A model generated the notes under the pieces. It was not told the origin of the DNA, made no database searches, and saw only the letters and a program-made list of their open reading frames with translations. Of a stretch of 36,040 bases of DNA, positions 1 to 8,336 are shown piece by piece. Within the stretch, counting starts at the first letter, position 1, and each line of letters opens with the position of its first letter. A program made the translations under genes and the position numbers. This stretch comes from a virus (lineage: Duplodnaviria; Caudoviricetes), in the IMG/VR virus record IMGVR_UViG_3300012346_000301, positions 1 through 36,040 of that record. One strand, given 5' to 3'.

Positions 1-940
1 TTTCCACGTTTGTATAAGACTTATTTAAAGTTACTATTTGGTTTTTATCCCTCCATACTAAATCTGTACTGCCTGTGTTAATAGAACTTAAAAACTCTAA
101 ATTACCAGTAGTAACAAAAGCCTTTGCCGAATCGTATTCTACAAAAGGAACTTCATTATCAGTCCTTGTGCTTATTTCGTGTACACTTACTATATTCCAC
201 GTTCCATAAAAGTTATCTTGATAAATAATACATCCAATAGCAGTCAATAAATCTTTTAGGATATCATAACACATCAATGGCGTGTTCTTTTCCCAATCTA
301 AAGCCGAATACCTTGAAGTAAACATTTCAGGCAAAGTATATTCCGTTGAATCAAACTTATAAGTACACGCAAATTTATAGTTCAAAGGATTACCCGATAA
401 ATTAACTAACTCTATAATAAAATCAGAAATTGATACACCCTCCATAGGTACGTACATTGGCATCCTGAAATTATCAGTATCAGAATAAGGTACTTCTTTT
501 AAAACTCCTATGTTATCAGTCGCAGTAAGTCGATAATAAAAAGCATCTTGCCACTCATACTGAATGTCGCTCTCTACTAAAAAGCCAGTCCATTTAAGAC
601 TTTCCGTTGCACCATCGTCTGTTACTTCTATTAATCTTACTTTCCACGTTAAATAATCCGAATCAGTAAAGAAATCAATAGGCTCGGGTACATCCGTAGC
701 AGCGTCATAAGGATATAATATATTAATCTCCGCACTTGATGAACGAATAGGGCTAAATACATTACTTTCCGTTGCTTTGTAAGAAAGTACAAAAGGCGTA
801 TTAGAAGCTTTTAACTCTACTAAATCATAAACCCTTGCTACACTTTCATACTTAGAAAAAACTACCTTGTAATACTTTGTAGCTTCATCCGCAGTCTTTA
901 ACGTAGCAAAGTCAAAAAAATATTTATCGTTATATACCAT
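1..940 (-). CDS. Tail protein (distal/hub-like), N-terminal 313 codons; continues across the window ends into 34698..36040
   Basis: Not in the ORF track; translated by hand. ATG at 940 overlaps the tape measure stop (TAATG) and the frame is open to position 1: MVYNDKYFFDFAT...SPIRSSSAEINI...WTGFLVESDIQYEW...LTATDNIGVLKEVPY. Resembles Bacteroidota-phage tail proteins that follow the tape measure gene. Confidence 0.8.
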   Translation of the reverse strand, partial: MVYNDKYFFDFATLKTADEATKYYKVVFSKYESVARVYDLVELKASNTPFVLSYKATESNVFSPIRSSSAEINILYPYDAATDVPEPIDFFTDSDYLTWKVRLIEVTDDGATESLKWTGFLVESDIQYEWQDAFYYRLTATDNIGVLKEVPYSDTDNFRMPMYVPMEGVSISDFIIELVNLSGNPLNYKFACTYKFDSTEYTLPEMFTSRYSALDWEKNTPLMCYDILKDLLTAIGCIIYQDNFYGTWNIVSVHEISTRTDNEVPFVEYDSAKAFVTTGNLEFLSSINTGSTDLVWRDKNQIVTLNKSYTNVE

Positions 941-2562
941 TATGTAAGCCTATCTAATCTTTCGTTATAATTCTGTAATACACCGTATAATTTATCCCCT
1001 CTAATCTCAAAAGATACAGAACCTTGTGATGGTGCTGGTACTCCCGCAACTGAAGCACTACGACCGCCAATACCGCCCAAACTGCCTAAATTAGTTCCTA
1101 ATATTGCACTTGCTTTACCAAAGTTAGCAGCAACCCCCGAAAGATTTAACCCTCCTGTTGCAATAGTCATTAATACTGCTAATGTAGCAGTCGCAGCAAT
1201 GGCAGCTAATAGCCTTGTAATAAGTTGCTTTAATACATTTAACATTGCCTTACCAAAATCCTGACCGCTTACAATAGCATCAGCAAAAGCCTGACCAATT
1301 CCCAAACTTATTGAAGTTCCAATATCTGTAAGTAATAGTTTTAGTTGGCTCATTCTTTCTAACTCATCATCAGGAATAAAACCACCTCCATAAGTTATCT
1401 TTAGTTCTTCAACTGACTTAGTAAGTCTTTGCACTTGTTCGTTAAATTCGGCAGTTCTTTGTGCTGCAAGTCCGCTATAAACTTCTTCCAAAGTTCCCAT
1501 ACCTTGCAAGTCAACACCCTTAGTACCTGACCTATCTTGCTCTGCACCTAATATACCGCCTTTAGTCTTTTCTTCTTCTTTGGCAATTAATGGACTAAAC
1601 TTCTTAACTAAATCTAATTGTTTTTGGTAGTTTTCTTGCAATAGTTTTATTTCGGCTGCTTGTTTATTTTTTGCATCCTCTACTATTCTTCTATTTTCTT
1701 CTTCCCTTAATGCTACTAAGTTAGCTGAATTATCTTTAGCGTCTTTATAGAACGTATTAGAAAGTGTTGAAGTAGTACTAATATAATCTTCATAAGATTT
1801 CGCAGTAGCTTCGTTTAATTTAATAAGCGTTTCGGCTGCTTCCTTAGCTATAATATTAGCCGCTTCCCTTTCTATTAAAGCATTAACATATCTTGAAGTA
1901 TTATTAATAAAACCTTGTTCAGCTTCATTTAATGTCTTTACTTCGCCTGTTAAAGTTCCAATAGTTTTATTATATTGGTCTACCGCTTGTTGTTTGCTTA
2001 TAATGCCCTTTTTAGCCTGTTCAATGTAAGTACTAAGCATTACCATATCTTTTATGGCATTAGCTACTGACTTGCTCTCAAAGGCTTCATTTAAGGCAGT
2101 AAGTTTAACCTCTGCTTCATCAATACTTTTAGAACCGTTTGCAATCTTACTAAATAAGTCCCCAATCTCTTTACCGTATATTACAACCAAAGATACACCT
2201 ACCAGTAAGGCAGTCTGAAAACTAAATAAAGAAGATACTATTTGCTTAAATACACTTGTTGTAGGCTTTCCACTTGCTGCAAGTTCTAAGTTTGCAGCCC
2301 TTAGCATTTGTATTTGGTCTACTAAAATAGGAATGTTATTCGATAACGCTAAGAATCCTGTTTGAGCCGAATAGGTAAACGCAGGTACTTCCCTTGTTAA
2401 TTGGTTAATAGAGTTTGAAAGACCGTTAAAACCTTTTTTAGTATTAGTGCCTATTTGCTCTGTTTCAGCACCAAAAGCCTTTAACTTATTATTGGCTTCT
2501 TTTAACTTAGCTTCTAAATCTTTTATCTCAGCCGTTATGGCTACTTTTAACTCCTCATTCAT
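940..2562 (-). CDS. Tail tape measure protein
   Basis: 540 aa, helical Ala/Lys-rich with hydrophobic segments. N-terminal ELKVAITAEIKDL and C-terminal VSFEIRGDKLYGVL. Follows the chaperone genes. Confidence 0.88.
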   Translation of the reverse strand: MNEELKVAITAEIKDLEAKLKEANNKLKAFGAETEQIGTNTKKGFNGLSNSINQLTREVPAFTYSAQTGFLALSNNIPILVDQIQMLRAANLELAASGKPTTSVFKQIVSSLFSFQTALLVGVSLVVIYGKEIGDLFSKIANGSKSIDEAEVKLTALNEAFESKSVANAIKDMVMLSTYIEQAKKGIISKQQAVDQYNKTIGTLTGEVKTLNEAEQGFINNTSRYVNALIEREAANIIAKEAAETLIKLNEATAKSYEDYISTTSTLSNTFYKDAKDNSANLVALREEENRRIVEDAKNKQAAEIKLLQENYQKQLDLVKKFSPLIAKEEEKTKGGILGAEQDRSGTKGVDLQGMGTLEEVYSGLAAQRTAEFNEQVQRLTKSVEELKITYGGGFIPDDELERMSQLKLLLTDIGTSISLGIGQAFADAIVSGQDFGKAMLNVLKQLITRLLAAIAATATLAVLMTIATGGLNLSGVAANFGKASAILGTNLGSLGGIGGRSASVAGVPAPSQGSVSFEIRGDKLYGVLQNYNERLDRLT

Positions 2563-2880
2563 TTGCCTACCTTTTTAAGTAACTCCTCTTTTTCTTCTTT
2601 TGTAGGTACTATCACCTTAGTAGGCTTTACAAACCTTAACTTATCTATCCATAGTGGTAAAATCTCTCGAGGCTTCTTTTGGTGTTTCTTCTCTACTTGG
2701 GTATTTAAAGTATAACTCATTTGTACCCTTCTCCTATCCCACTCATTAGCTTCTTGCTTATGGTAGAAAACTACACACCTAAAGTAATTTATTAGCGTCA
2801 TATTCCAAAACTCATCAGGCTTTAAGCCTACATTCATTATGGCATAATCTTCTAAATCATCCCACGTTACTTTTTTTTTT
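2559..2880 (-). CDS. Tail assembly chaperone, T portion (GT fusion by -1 frameshift)
   Basis: GLKPDEFWNMT motif. The frame is open upstream of the track start up to the A10G run (KVTWDDLEDYAIMNVGL). Confidence 0.8.
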
Positions 2881-3232
2881 CTGAATCCCCACCCATTGCC
2901 TTAAATGCTGCCAACATATCGTTAGTCATTTTTAAAACAGAGTTAGTAAACTCCTTAATAGCATTAAGTTGGTCTATGTAGTTAATATCGTCAACCCATA
3001 GTTTCACTTCATCTCTACTTACTTGTAACGCTTCGCCTTTACTCTTTGAGTAACCAAACAAACCACAATAAATAATATCCGCAGTCATTTCCAACTGTGA
3101 ATAATCTTCTGTAATTTCTTTAATTTGCCCTATGTCGCTTCCAGTTATTTCAGTGTATTTATGGAGAGCATAGTTACCAAACTTTAGTAACTTAATCTCT
3201 CCATTTAGTGTTATTTCAATTTGCCCGTTCAT
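2867..3232 (-). CDS. Tail assembly chaperone G
   Basis: Lies between tail tube and tape measure genes. Ends GAA AAA AAA AAG TAA (EKKK stop). Confidence 0.8.
   Translation of the reverse strand: MNGQIEITLNGEIKLLKFGNYALHKYTEITGSDIGQIKEITEDYSQLEMTADIIYCGLFGYSKSKGEALQVSRDEVKLWVDDINYIDQLNAIKEFTNSVLKMTNDMLAAFKAMGGDSEKKK
2870..2880 (-). other. Programmed -1 ribosomal frameshift slippery site (AAAAAAAAAAG)
   Basis: A AAA AAG heptamer just before the G stop codon. The -1 frame is the T ORF. Confidence 0.8.
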
Positions 3233-3236
3233 ACGT

Positions 3237-3638
3237 TTAGATATTTGCTACTGTTGGTGCGCCTGTTCCTGTAAACTCAATAGAGTAAGATACCTTATCT
3301 TCCATTGGTGCAGAAATCTCGCAGCTTGACAAATAGCAAGTTTGAGTAATTTTCTTATCCCCTGTTACTGCGTTAGTCCATACAATAGAACACGAAGCAC
3401 GAGTAGTGAATAAAGTGAAAATATCAGCCATATCTTTGTTTGTAGCTTGGAAATCCACTAACCCTTCGCAAGAGTAAGTTACGTTTCTAAGTCCTGGCAA
3501 TACCTCTGACCATCCGCCACTTTCTTTTGAGGTTACATCGAATAAGTCCTGCGACATCGACATCGACACGCTTGTTAATTCTGCTATTTGTGTACCATCC
3601 AATGTAAGGATTTGTAAAGTACCATTATAAATTGCCAT
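3237..3638 (-). CDS. Major tail tube protein (TP901-1/Phage_tail_2-like)
   Basis: DVTSKESGGWSEVLPGLR, CEGL and SYSIEFTGTGAP motifs. Has its own late promoter. Confidence 0.88.
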   Translation of the reverse strand: MAIYNGTLQILTLDGTQIAELTSVSMSMSQDLFDVTSKESGGWSEVLPGLRNVTYSCEGLVDFQATNKDMADIFTLFTTRASCSIVWTNAVTGDKKITQTCYLSSCEISAPMEDKVSYSIEFTGTGAPTVANI

Positions 3639-3669
3639 ATCTTTATTTTTTTAATTGTTTAACTTTATA

Positions 3670-3694
3670 CAAAAATACTAAAAATTTTAGTATT
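3670..3694 (-). promoter_or_regulatory. Late promoter: -7 box TATTTTTG fused to palindrome AATACTAAAA-N-TTTTAGTATT
   Basis: Bacteroidota TAnnTTTG at 3670-3677 (minus). Perfect 10-1-10 inverted repeat at 3674-3694. Confidence 0.75.
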
Positions 3695-4115
3695 ATACCA
3701 CCTCTAATAATTGAAACTCGCCAGTTCCCTCAAACGTAACCGTATATTTAGCCACATCTTCTGTACCCGCTTCTGTATCTATTGAAGCTACATAGGCATC
3801 CCCAATAAAATAGAAGTTTGAAGTACTATCCAATATCTTTATATCGTATCTTGTACGGTTTTCGTAGGCATCTACTAAATTATCTATTCCATCAGTTGTT
3901 AATGGTGCGTCTAAAATCCAATCTACTAACGCATCACAAGTACAACTAAACTTTCTTAAACCAGTCATAAAAGTAGAATAACCACCATCTTGCTTACAGG
4001 TTGTATCAATCATATCTGCCGAATATGAAACTGTTACCCCTAATTGGCACATAATTACATCGTCTGTATCTGCATTGTAAAGTAATATATTACTTCCGTT
4101 TCCTGTTATTGCCAT
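3693..4115 (-). CDS. Second tail tube-like protein (paralog of 3237..3638)
   Basis: DTTCKQDGGYSTFMTGLR and YTVTFEGTGE align with the adjacent tube protein. Confidence 0.8.
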   Translation of the reverse strand: MAITGNGSNILLYNADTDDVIMCQLGVTVSYSADMIDTTCKQDGGYSTFMTGLRKFSCTCDALVDWILDAPLTTDGIDNLVDAYENRTRYDIKILDSTSNFYFIGDAYVASIDTEAGTEDVAKYTVTFEGTGEFQLLEVV

Positions 4116-4118
4116 ATC

Positions 4119-4562
4119 TTAATTCTCATATATTAAATGTCCGAATCTTATTAATCTTCTTACTATCATACCATCACTCGCCAACTCTTGAATAGTTTGT
4201 GTTGCATCCAAAACAACTGAAACTAAATTAAAATCAGGGCTTAGGTCAAAATATCCCGCTTGCCTTGTTCTTACTAATGTTAAAATTTGATTTACTAAGC
4301 TATCTGCATCGTCTTTTCCGCCAACTGCATTAGGGAACTTAGTAACTACCTCTAAAGAGAAAAAACAATTTTGCCCATACGTTTGTTTAGAACCCTCGCC
4401 AATCTCTGTACTTACAAAGTCAGTTAAAAGGATATAAGGCTCAACCGTATCGGCTGGAACTGATACAGAATCATAAATAGGTACATCTGAACCGTTTAGG
4501 GTTATAGCACCGTTTAACCTTTCATAGTACGCAGTTCTTAAAGTAAGTCCTAAATCTTTCAT
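4119..4562 (-). CDS. Tail terminator/completion protein (DUF3168-like); start revised to MKDLG
   Basis: VPIYDSV...PYILL motif and position. The ATG at 4562 lies 4 nt after a -7 box, so the track's 13-aa extension overlaps the promoter. Confidence 0.75.
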   Translation of the reverse strand: MKDLGLTLRTAYYERLNGAITLNGSDVPIYDSVSVPADTVEPYILLTDFVSTEIGEGSKQTYGQNCFFSLEVVTKFPNAVGGKDDADSLVNQILTLVRTRQAGYFDLSPDFNLVSVVLDATQTIQELASDGMIVRRLIRFGHLIYEN

Positions 4563-4566
4563 TATA

Positions 4567-4600
4567 CAAAAATACGGAAAATATACTAAAAATCTTAGCA
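4567..4600 (-). promoter_or_regulatory. Late promoter with palindrome displaced by 11 bp
   Basis: TATTTTTG at 4567-4574 (minus). CTAAAAATCTTAG at 4586-4598. Confidence 0.6.
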
Positions 4601-4615
4601 AAATATAACCGTTTT

Positions 4616-4676
4616 ATTTAGAATCATTCTAAATTTCAAATTTATTTTGAATATATTATATAAGTCCTTATACTTG
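4616..4676 (+). promoter_or_regulatory. Palindrome ATTTAGAA-TCA-TTCTAAAT plus promoter of the plus-strand moron
   Basis: Palindrome at 4616-4634, TTTG at 4646-4649, -7 variant TATACTTG at 4669-4676. Gap between palindrome and -7 box is 34 bp. Confidence 0.75.
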
Positions 4677-4698
4677 TATCAACAAAACGATAAATAAA

Positions 4699-4890
4699 AT
4701 GAAAACACAAGAAATTAAACAAGCATTATTAAACGGTCAACAATTCACAAATGAAGTATCTAATTGGTATTCAGTATGTAATCCATCAAAAAACTTATTT
4801 TGGATTGTATTAGGGGATAAAAATCTATTCTATAATAATATTGATAGTTTATCAAGAAAAATATCACAACTATTAAAAAAAGGATGCTAA
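4699..4890 (+). CDS. Hypothetical protein (moron gene 1)
   Basis: 63 aa, A-rich leader, directly downstream of a promoter. Confidence 0.7.
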   Translation: MKTQEIKQALLNGQQFTNEVSNWYSVCNPSKNLFWIVLGDKNLFYNNIDSLSRKISQLLKKGC

Positions 4891-4891
4891 T

Positions 4892-5014
4892 ATGGAAAAC
4901 GAAATAACAATAACTATGTTACTATCTGCAATGTGTGTATTAGTAATAATAATACTACTTAGCACTATTTCGGATAATATTAAAGATAAAAACAGATTTG
5001 ATAATTATAGATAA
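4892..5014 (+). CDS. Small single-TM protein, 40 aa (moron gene 2)
   Basis: Hand-translated MENEITITMLLSAMCVLVIIILLSTISDNIKDKNRFDNYR. Fills the gap between its neighbours with 1-nt spacings. Confidence 0.6.
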   Translation: MENEITITMLLSAMCVLVIIILLSTISDNIKDKNRFDNYR

Positions 5015-5015
5015 A

Positions 5016-5282
5016 ATGGAAATAGAAATTTTAAAAATGTTAGGATTAGTAATCCTACAAAATGCGAGTTTTACTTTGGTAAGTAGAGCAAGAAATAGCA
5101 ACTCACTTTTATACCATACGGTTGCATCAGTATTATCTAATGGTATTTGGTTACTTGTAATTAGACAGGTAGTAATGAATTTAGATAATTGGGTGCTAAT
5201 GGTTACATATTTAGTAGGTGCAGTAATAGGTTCAATAAGTATGCACTATATAGCAATGAAATACTTTGAACGTAGAAAATAA
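5016..5282 (+). CDS. Small 3-TM membrane protein (moron gene 3); start revised to MEIEIL
   Basis: Three hydrophobic segments and LQNASFTLVSRARNS. ATG lies 1 nt after the previous stop. Confidence 0.7.
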   Translation: MEIEILKMLGLVILQNASFTLVSRARNSNSLLYHTVASVLSNGIWLLVIRQVVMNLDNWVLMVTYLVGAVIGSISMHYIAMKYFERRK

Positions 5283-5283
5283 T

Positions 5284-5721
5284 CTATTTTATCCCCTTAA
5301 CAATCTTCTTTAAGTTGTTTAAAAATAACTGCCTATTACGTAAATATGTAGGTATTAAATAAGGTCGTGATGGCATTCTACCTTGACCGTTTTTATAAAA
5401 GGTCATTGCTAAGTCTTTAACATCTTGCGGATAGGCTTGTACTGTACTTCCTGCGTATGTTCCTGTGCCGAACTCGATATAAGCTGCTATGTCTTGCCCT
5501 GCAAAATCCCATCTTGCTTGTATTTCATATTTTAATGGATTTTTATTATTGCCATCTATTGCAATTTTCCCCGATATGGTATTAGCTGCTCTACTTGCTT
5601 CTGCTTCAATAGCCATACCCCTTGTAGTGACTTCTTTAATAACACTATCCTCAACTGCCTTACCTTTGGCTTTAAGGTCGTTTAAAACTTTGCTTAATCC
5701 TTTTATATTATAAAGTCCCAT
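5284..5721 (-). CDS. HK97 gp10-like neck/tail component
   Basis: AAYIEFGTG and MPSRPYLIP motifs. Confidence 0.85.
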   Translation of the reverse strand: MGLYNIKGLSKVLNDLKAKGKAVEDSVIKEVTTRGMAIEAEASRAANTISGKIAIDGNNKNPLKYEIQARWDFAGQDIAAYIEFGTGTYAGSTVQAYPQDVKDLAMTFYKNGQGRMPSRPYLIPTYLRNRQLFLNNLKKIVKGIK

Positions 5722-5748
5722 TTTGCACCTACTTTACTCGCTTTGCAC

Positions 5749-6177
5749 CTATTTTACTTCAACCGCATTAACAATAACTTCATACTTTCTTTCATCTATT
5801 ACGTAATAAGAATGTATAGTAAATCTTCTATTTTGATATACTATTAACCACTTTTTATTAATATCTGAAATAGCCCTAAAACGGAATCTAAACTCTGTGT
5901 AATTGTCTAAATCAATCTTACCGCCTTGCATACCCCTACTACCTTGCTTCTGTTTAATCGAAGCCCACACTACAAAGCTTTCTATAAATTCAGTTAAGAA
6001 ATTAGAGCCACACGAAACACTTTCAACCGTTCCTGAATCAGTCAATACCCTACCCTCAAATTGAGTTAAAATACTATCCTCACTCTCTACATAAACATAC
6101 TTAGTACCACCACTTCCATTAGGTTGCGTTTGGTATGTTTGTATGTAAATTTTATTTCTTAAATATCCTGACCTCAT
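5749..6177 (-). CDS. Head closure / head-tail adaptor (SPP1 gp16-like) carrying a ~30-aa insertion
   Basis: G.LRNKI.IQ, NGSGG, VWASIK, FRFR and IVYQNRRFTIHS motifs. Confidence 0.8.
   Translation of the reverse strand: MRSGYLRNKIYIQTYQTQPNGSGGTKYVYVESEDSILTQFEGRVLTDSGTVESVSCGSNFLTEFIESFVVWASIKQKQGSRGMQGGKIDLDNYTEFRFRFRAISDINKKWLIVYQNRRFTIHSYYVIDERKYEVIVNAVEVK
5986..6060. repeat. 75-bp dispersed repeat, copy 1 (copy 2 at 34908..34982)
   Basis: 57/75 nt identical by hand alignment, including an exact 19-mer TTTCAACCGTTCCTGAATC. Confidence 0.8.
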
Positions 6178-6178
6178 T

Positions 6179-6709
6179 TTATAATATTCCTAAAATACTG
6201 TTTCTCGAAAATGGTTGTGCTAAATACTTCGCCGAATTGCATAATTCAGTCATCGTACCATCAATGTAAAAGTTTTCTCTATTCTCATAAGCAGTACTAA
6301 CCTCTTTTAAAATAGCTTCTTTTAAAGCCTTTGGAAAGGTAGTCCAACTTACTGTATAGGTAAAAGTAACTCCGTATTGAGTATTGCAATAAACTTGCTT
6401 ATAATCTAACCCTCTACTCTCATAAACTAAGGTAACTCCATCATCATCTACACATCCTGTAATTACCGCTTTAGGTTGGTATGGTAACTCTGCCCAACTA
6501 TCCATACTATCCCATCTTGCTTTAAGAGTTTTAGCACCAAAGCTAAGCCCTGTGAAGCGTTCTAATCTCTGCCTTGCACTTGTGATTAACTCCCCTATTA
6601 AAGTGTCGTCGTCGCTATCTGTTACCCTCATATACGCTTTAGCTTCTGATACACTCACTGGCTCACTTGCTAAATCCGTTGTTATCTGTACTTGTAATCC
6701 GTAATTCAT
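6179..6709 (-). CDS. Head-tail connector (gp6/gp15-like)
   Basis: EPVSVSEAKAYMRV..DDDTLI..LITSAR, PKALKEAIL and YENRE motifs. Confidence 0.88.
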   Translation of the reverse strand: MNYGLQVQITTDLASEPVSVSEAKAYMRVTDSDDDTLIGELITSARQRLERFTGLSFGAKTLKARWDSMDSWAELPYQPKAVITGCVDDDGVTLVYESRGLDYKQVYCNTQYGVTFTYTVSWTTFPKALKEAILKEVSTAYENRENFYIDGTMTELCNSAKYLAQPFSRNSILGIL

Positions 6710-6711
6710 AT

Positions 6712-7983
6712 TTATACTGTTAAACTCTGTAATTCGCCACCTGTTAATTCTGTATCAAAATACATCACCCCTATAATACCGTCTTTCTCTGCATAGTTTC
6801 CTGTATATTGACCTAAATAAAGTTCATCAAAAGTAGATGGTAAATCGTTTACTATCGTTCCTGCAAATTCAACCGTACCACCCAAAACAAAAGCGTAAGT
6901 TTTAGCCACTAAGTCAATACTAAAAGCTATATTTGTTATTCCGTTCTCGTTAGTGCCTGTTTGAAAGTCGTTTTGGTCAGAACTTGCATCGTCATAAGTA
7001 GTGAATGTTATTCTATTATCTTCATCAGCCCACAACCCTATATAATCCCCAGTTGATGAATCACTCAAATAAAGTAAGTTTCTTACTGTTGGGCTTCCTG
7101 TATTATCTAATCGTACTCTTAAAAATACTGAAAGAGCAGTTGAAGTATAGTCTAATGTATCGTTTACTATTAAATCCGCACCCCTTGTAACCGTTGCAGT
7201 AGTTGTAGGTATGTAGCTTGTAGCTATTGTATGTAATTCTTGCTGCGCACCCCAAAAATAAAGATAAGAACCTACCGAACCTGTGAAGTTAGCAACCCTC
7301 GAAGCAGCCAACGAATCTACAAACCAAAATAAAATATCATTAGAGCCGTTTACATTACTCACATAAGTAATTGAGCATCTATACCAACCGTTACCCGCAT
7401 CCTCAATACTTGAACTAACCCCCGCACCTAAAGTAGTAGTACCTAAATTCAAATTAAAATTAGCGTAAGCATTACCAACCGTTTGGCCAGTACTAAAAAG
7501 TATTTGGAAAAAATCAGTAGTGCCTTTCTTAGCATAAATACTTAAAGTATATGTTACTCCACTTGTATAAGTACTAAATGAATTTTGACTAAAAAATACA
7601 CTTGTAGCACTTGCAGTACTTTCTATTTTATCAGCCGTTGTAGTTCCATCGGGAGCAGTCGTATTATTAGCAGTTACACTTGTAGCAGTTTTGCTCCAAC
7701 TTGCATTATCAAACTCCTGAGAGCGTATAAGTAAGTTAGTAGAACTATCTTCAATTAATAATTGAGGGCAAGTATTAGAATAATCTACACGAGGTGTATT
7801 TATTGCCATTGATTCTAACTCTCCCTCTTGATTAGTTCTATAAGCCGTTGTAGACCTTGTACACGCAAAATCCCCTGTACCTGTAATAGGTTTATAAGAA
7901 TATAACTTACCTGCCTTAAAACCGTTCTTTGGCGTTAATCCGAAAAACTGTATACTATCTCTATATGCTTCGTCTTTTGTCAT
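6712..7983 (-). CDS. Head spike/fibre protein with carbohydrate-binding and LamG-like domains
   Basis: PRVDY...LLIEDSSTNLL, APDGTTTAD, GNGWYRC and WGAQQE...TSYIPTT motifs typical of such structural proteins. Confidence 0.7.
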   Translation of the reverse strand: MTKDEAYRDSIQFFGLTPKNGFKAGKLYSYKPITGTGDFACTRSTTAYRTNQEGELESMAINTPRVDYSNTCPQLLIEDSSTNLLIRSQEFDNASWSKTATSVTANNTTAPDGTTTADKIESTASATSVFFSQNSFSTYTSGVTYTLSIYAKKGTTDFFQILFSTGQTVGNAYANFNLNLGTTTLGAGVSSSIEDAGNGWYRCSITYVSNVNGSNDILFWFVDSLAASRVANFTGSVGSYLYFWGAQQELHTIATSYIPTTTATVTRGADLIVNDTLDYTSTALSVFLRVRLDNTGSPTVRNLLYLSDSSTGDYIGLWADEDNRITFTTYDDASSDQNDFQTGTNENGITNIAFSIDLVAKTYAFVLGGTVEFAGTIVNDLPSTFDELYLGQYTGNYAEKDGIIGVMYFDTELTGGELQSLTV

Positions 7984-8234
7984 TTTGTTTGTAAACTTTG
8001 TTTATATTCCTTTGTTCTTTTGTCAATCTTTAACTCTTTTTCTTCATTGAGTTCTTTCCATTTTTTATTGGTTTCGCTTACCTTTTCTTCTAACTCGTTT
8101 TTATCCTTGAACTCCACAAAGTAACCTACCTTTAAAAAGTCTAAGAACTTACCCGACATAGGTATTTCATAGATAAACCCCCTTTGGTACTGGATAGCTT
8201 CCCAACTGAAATTAACCTTACATACTACTTTCAT
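7980..8234 (-). CDS. Hypothetical small protein following the capsid gene
   Basis: 84 aa, own late promoter, stop overlaps the next start. Confidence 0.7.
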   Translation of the reverse strand: MKVVCKVNFSWEAIQYQRGFIYEIPMSGKFLDFLKVGYFVEFKDKNELEEKVSETNKKWKELNEEKELKIDKRTKEYKQSLQTK

Positions 8235-8250
8235 AATGTTTGCTTTTATA

Positions 8251-8282
8251 CAAAGATACTAAAAATACTAAAAATTTTAGCA
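8251..8282 (-). promoter_or_regulatory. Late promoter with 1.5 copies of the palindrome
   Basis: TATCTTTG at 8251-8258 (minus), then CTAAAAATA CTAAAAATTTTAG at 8259-8280. Confidence 0.7.
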
Positions 8283-8283
8283 T

Positions 8284-8314
8284 AAAAAAAGGTAGATACA
8301 GTTAAGTACCTACC
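8284..8314 (-). terminator. Intrinsic terminator after the capsid gene
   Basis: GGTAGGTAC-TTAACT-GTATCTACC followed by T7. Confidence 0.8.
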
Positions 8315-8336
8315 CTCTTTTAAAAGTTATTTAAAC

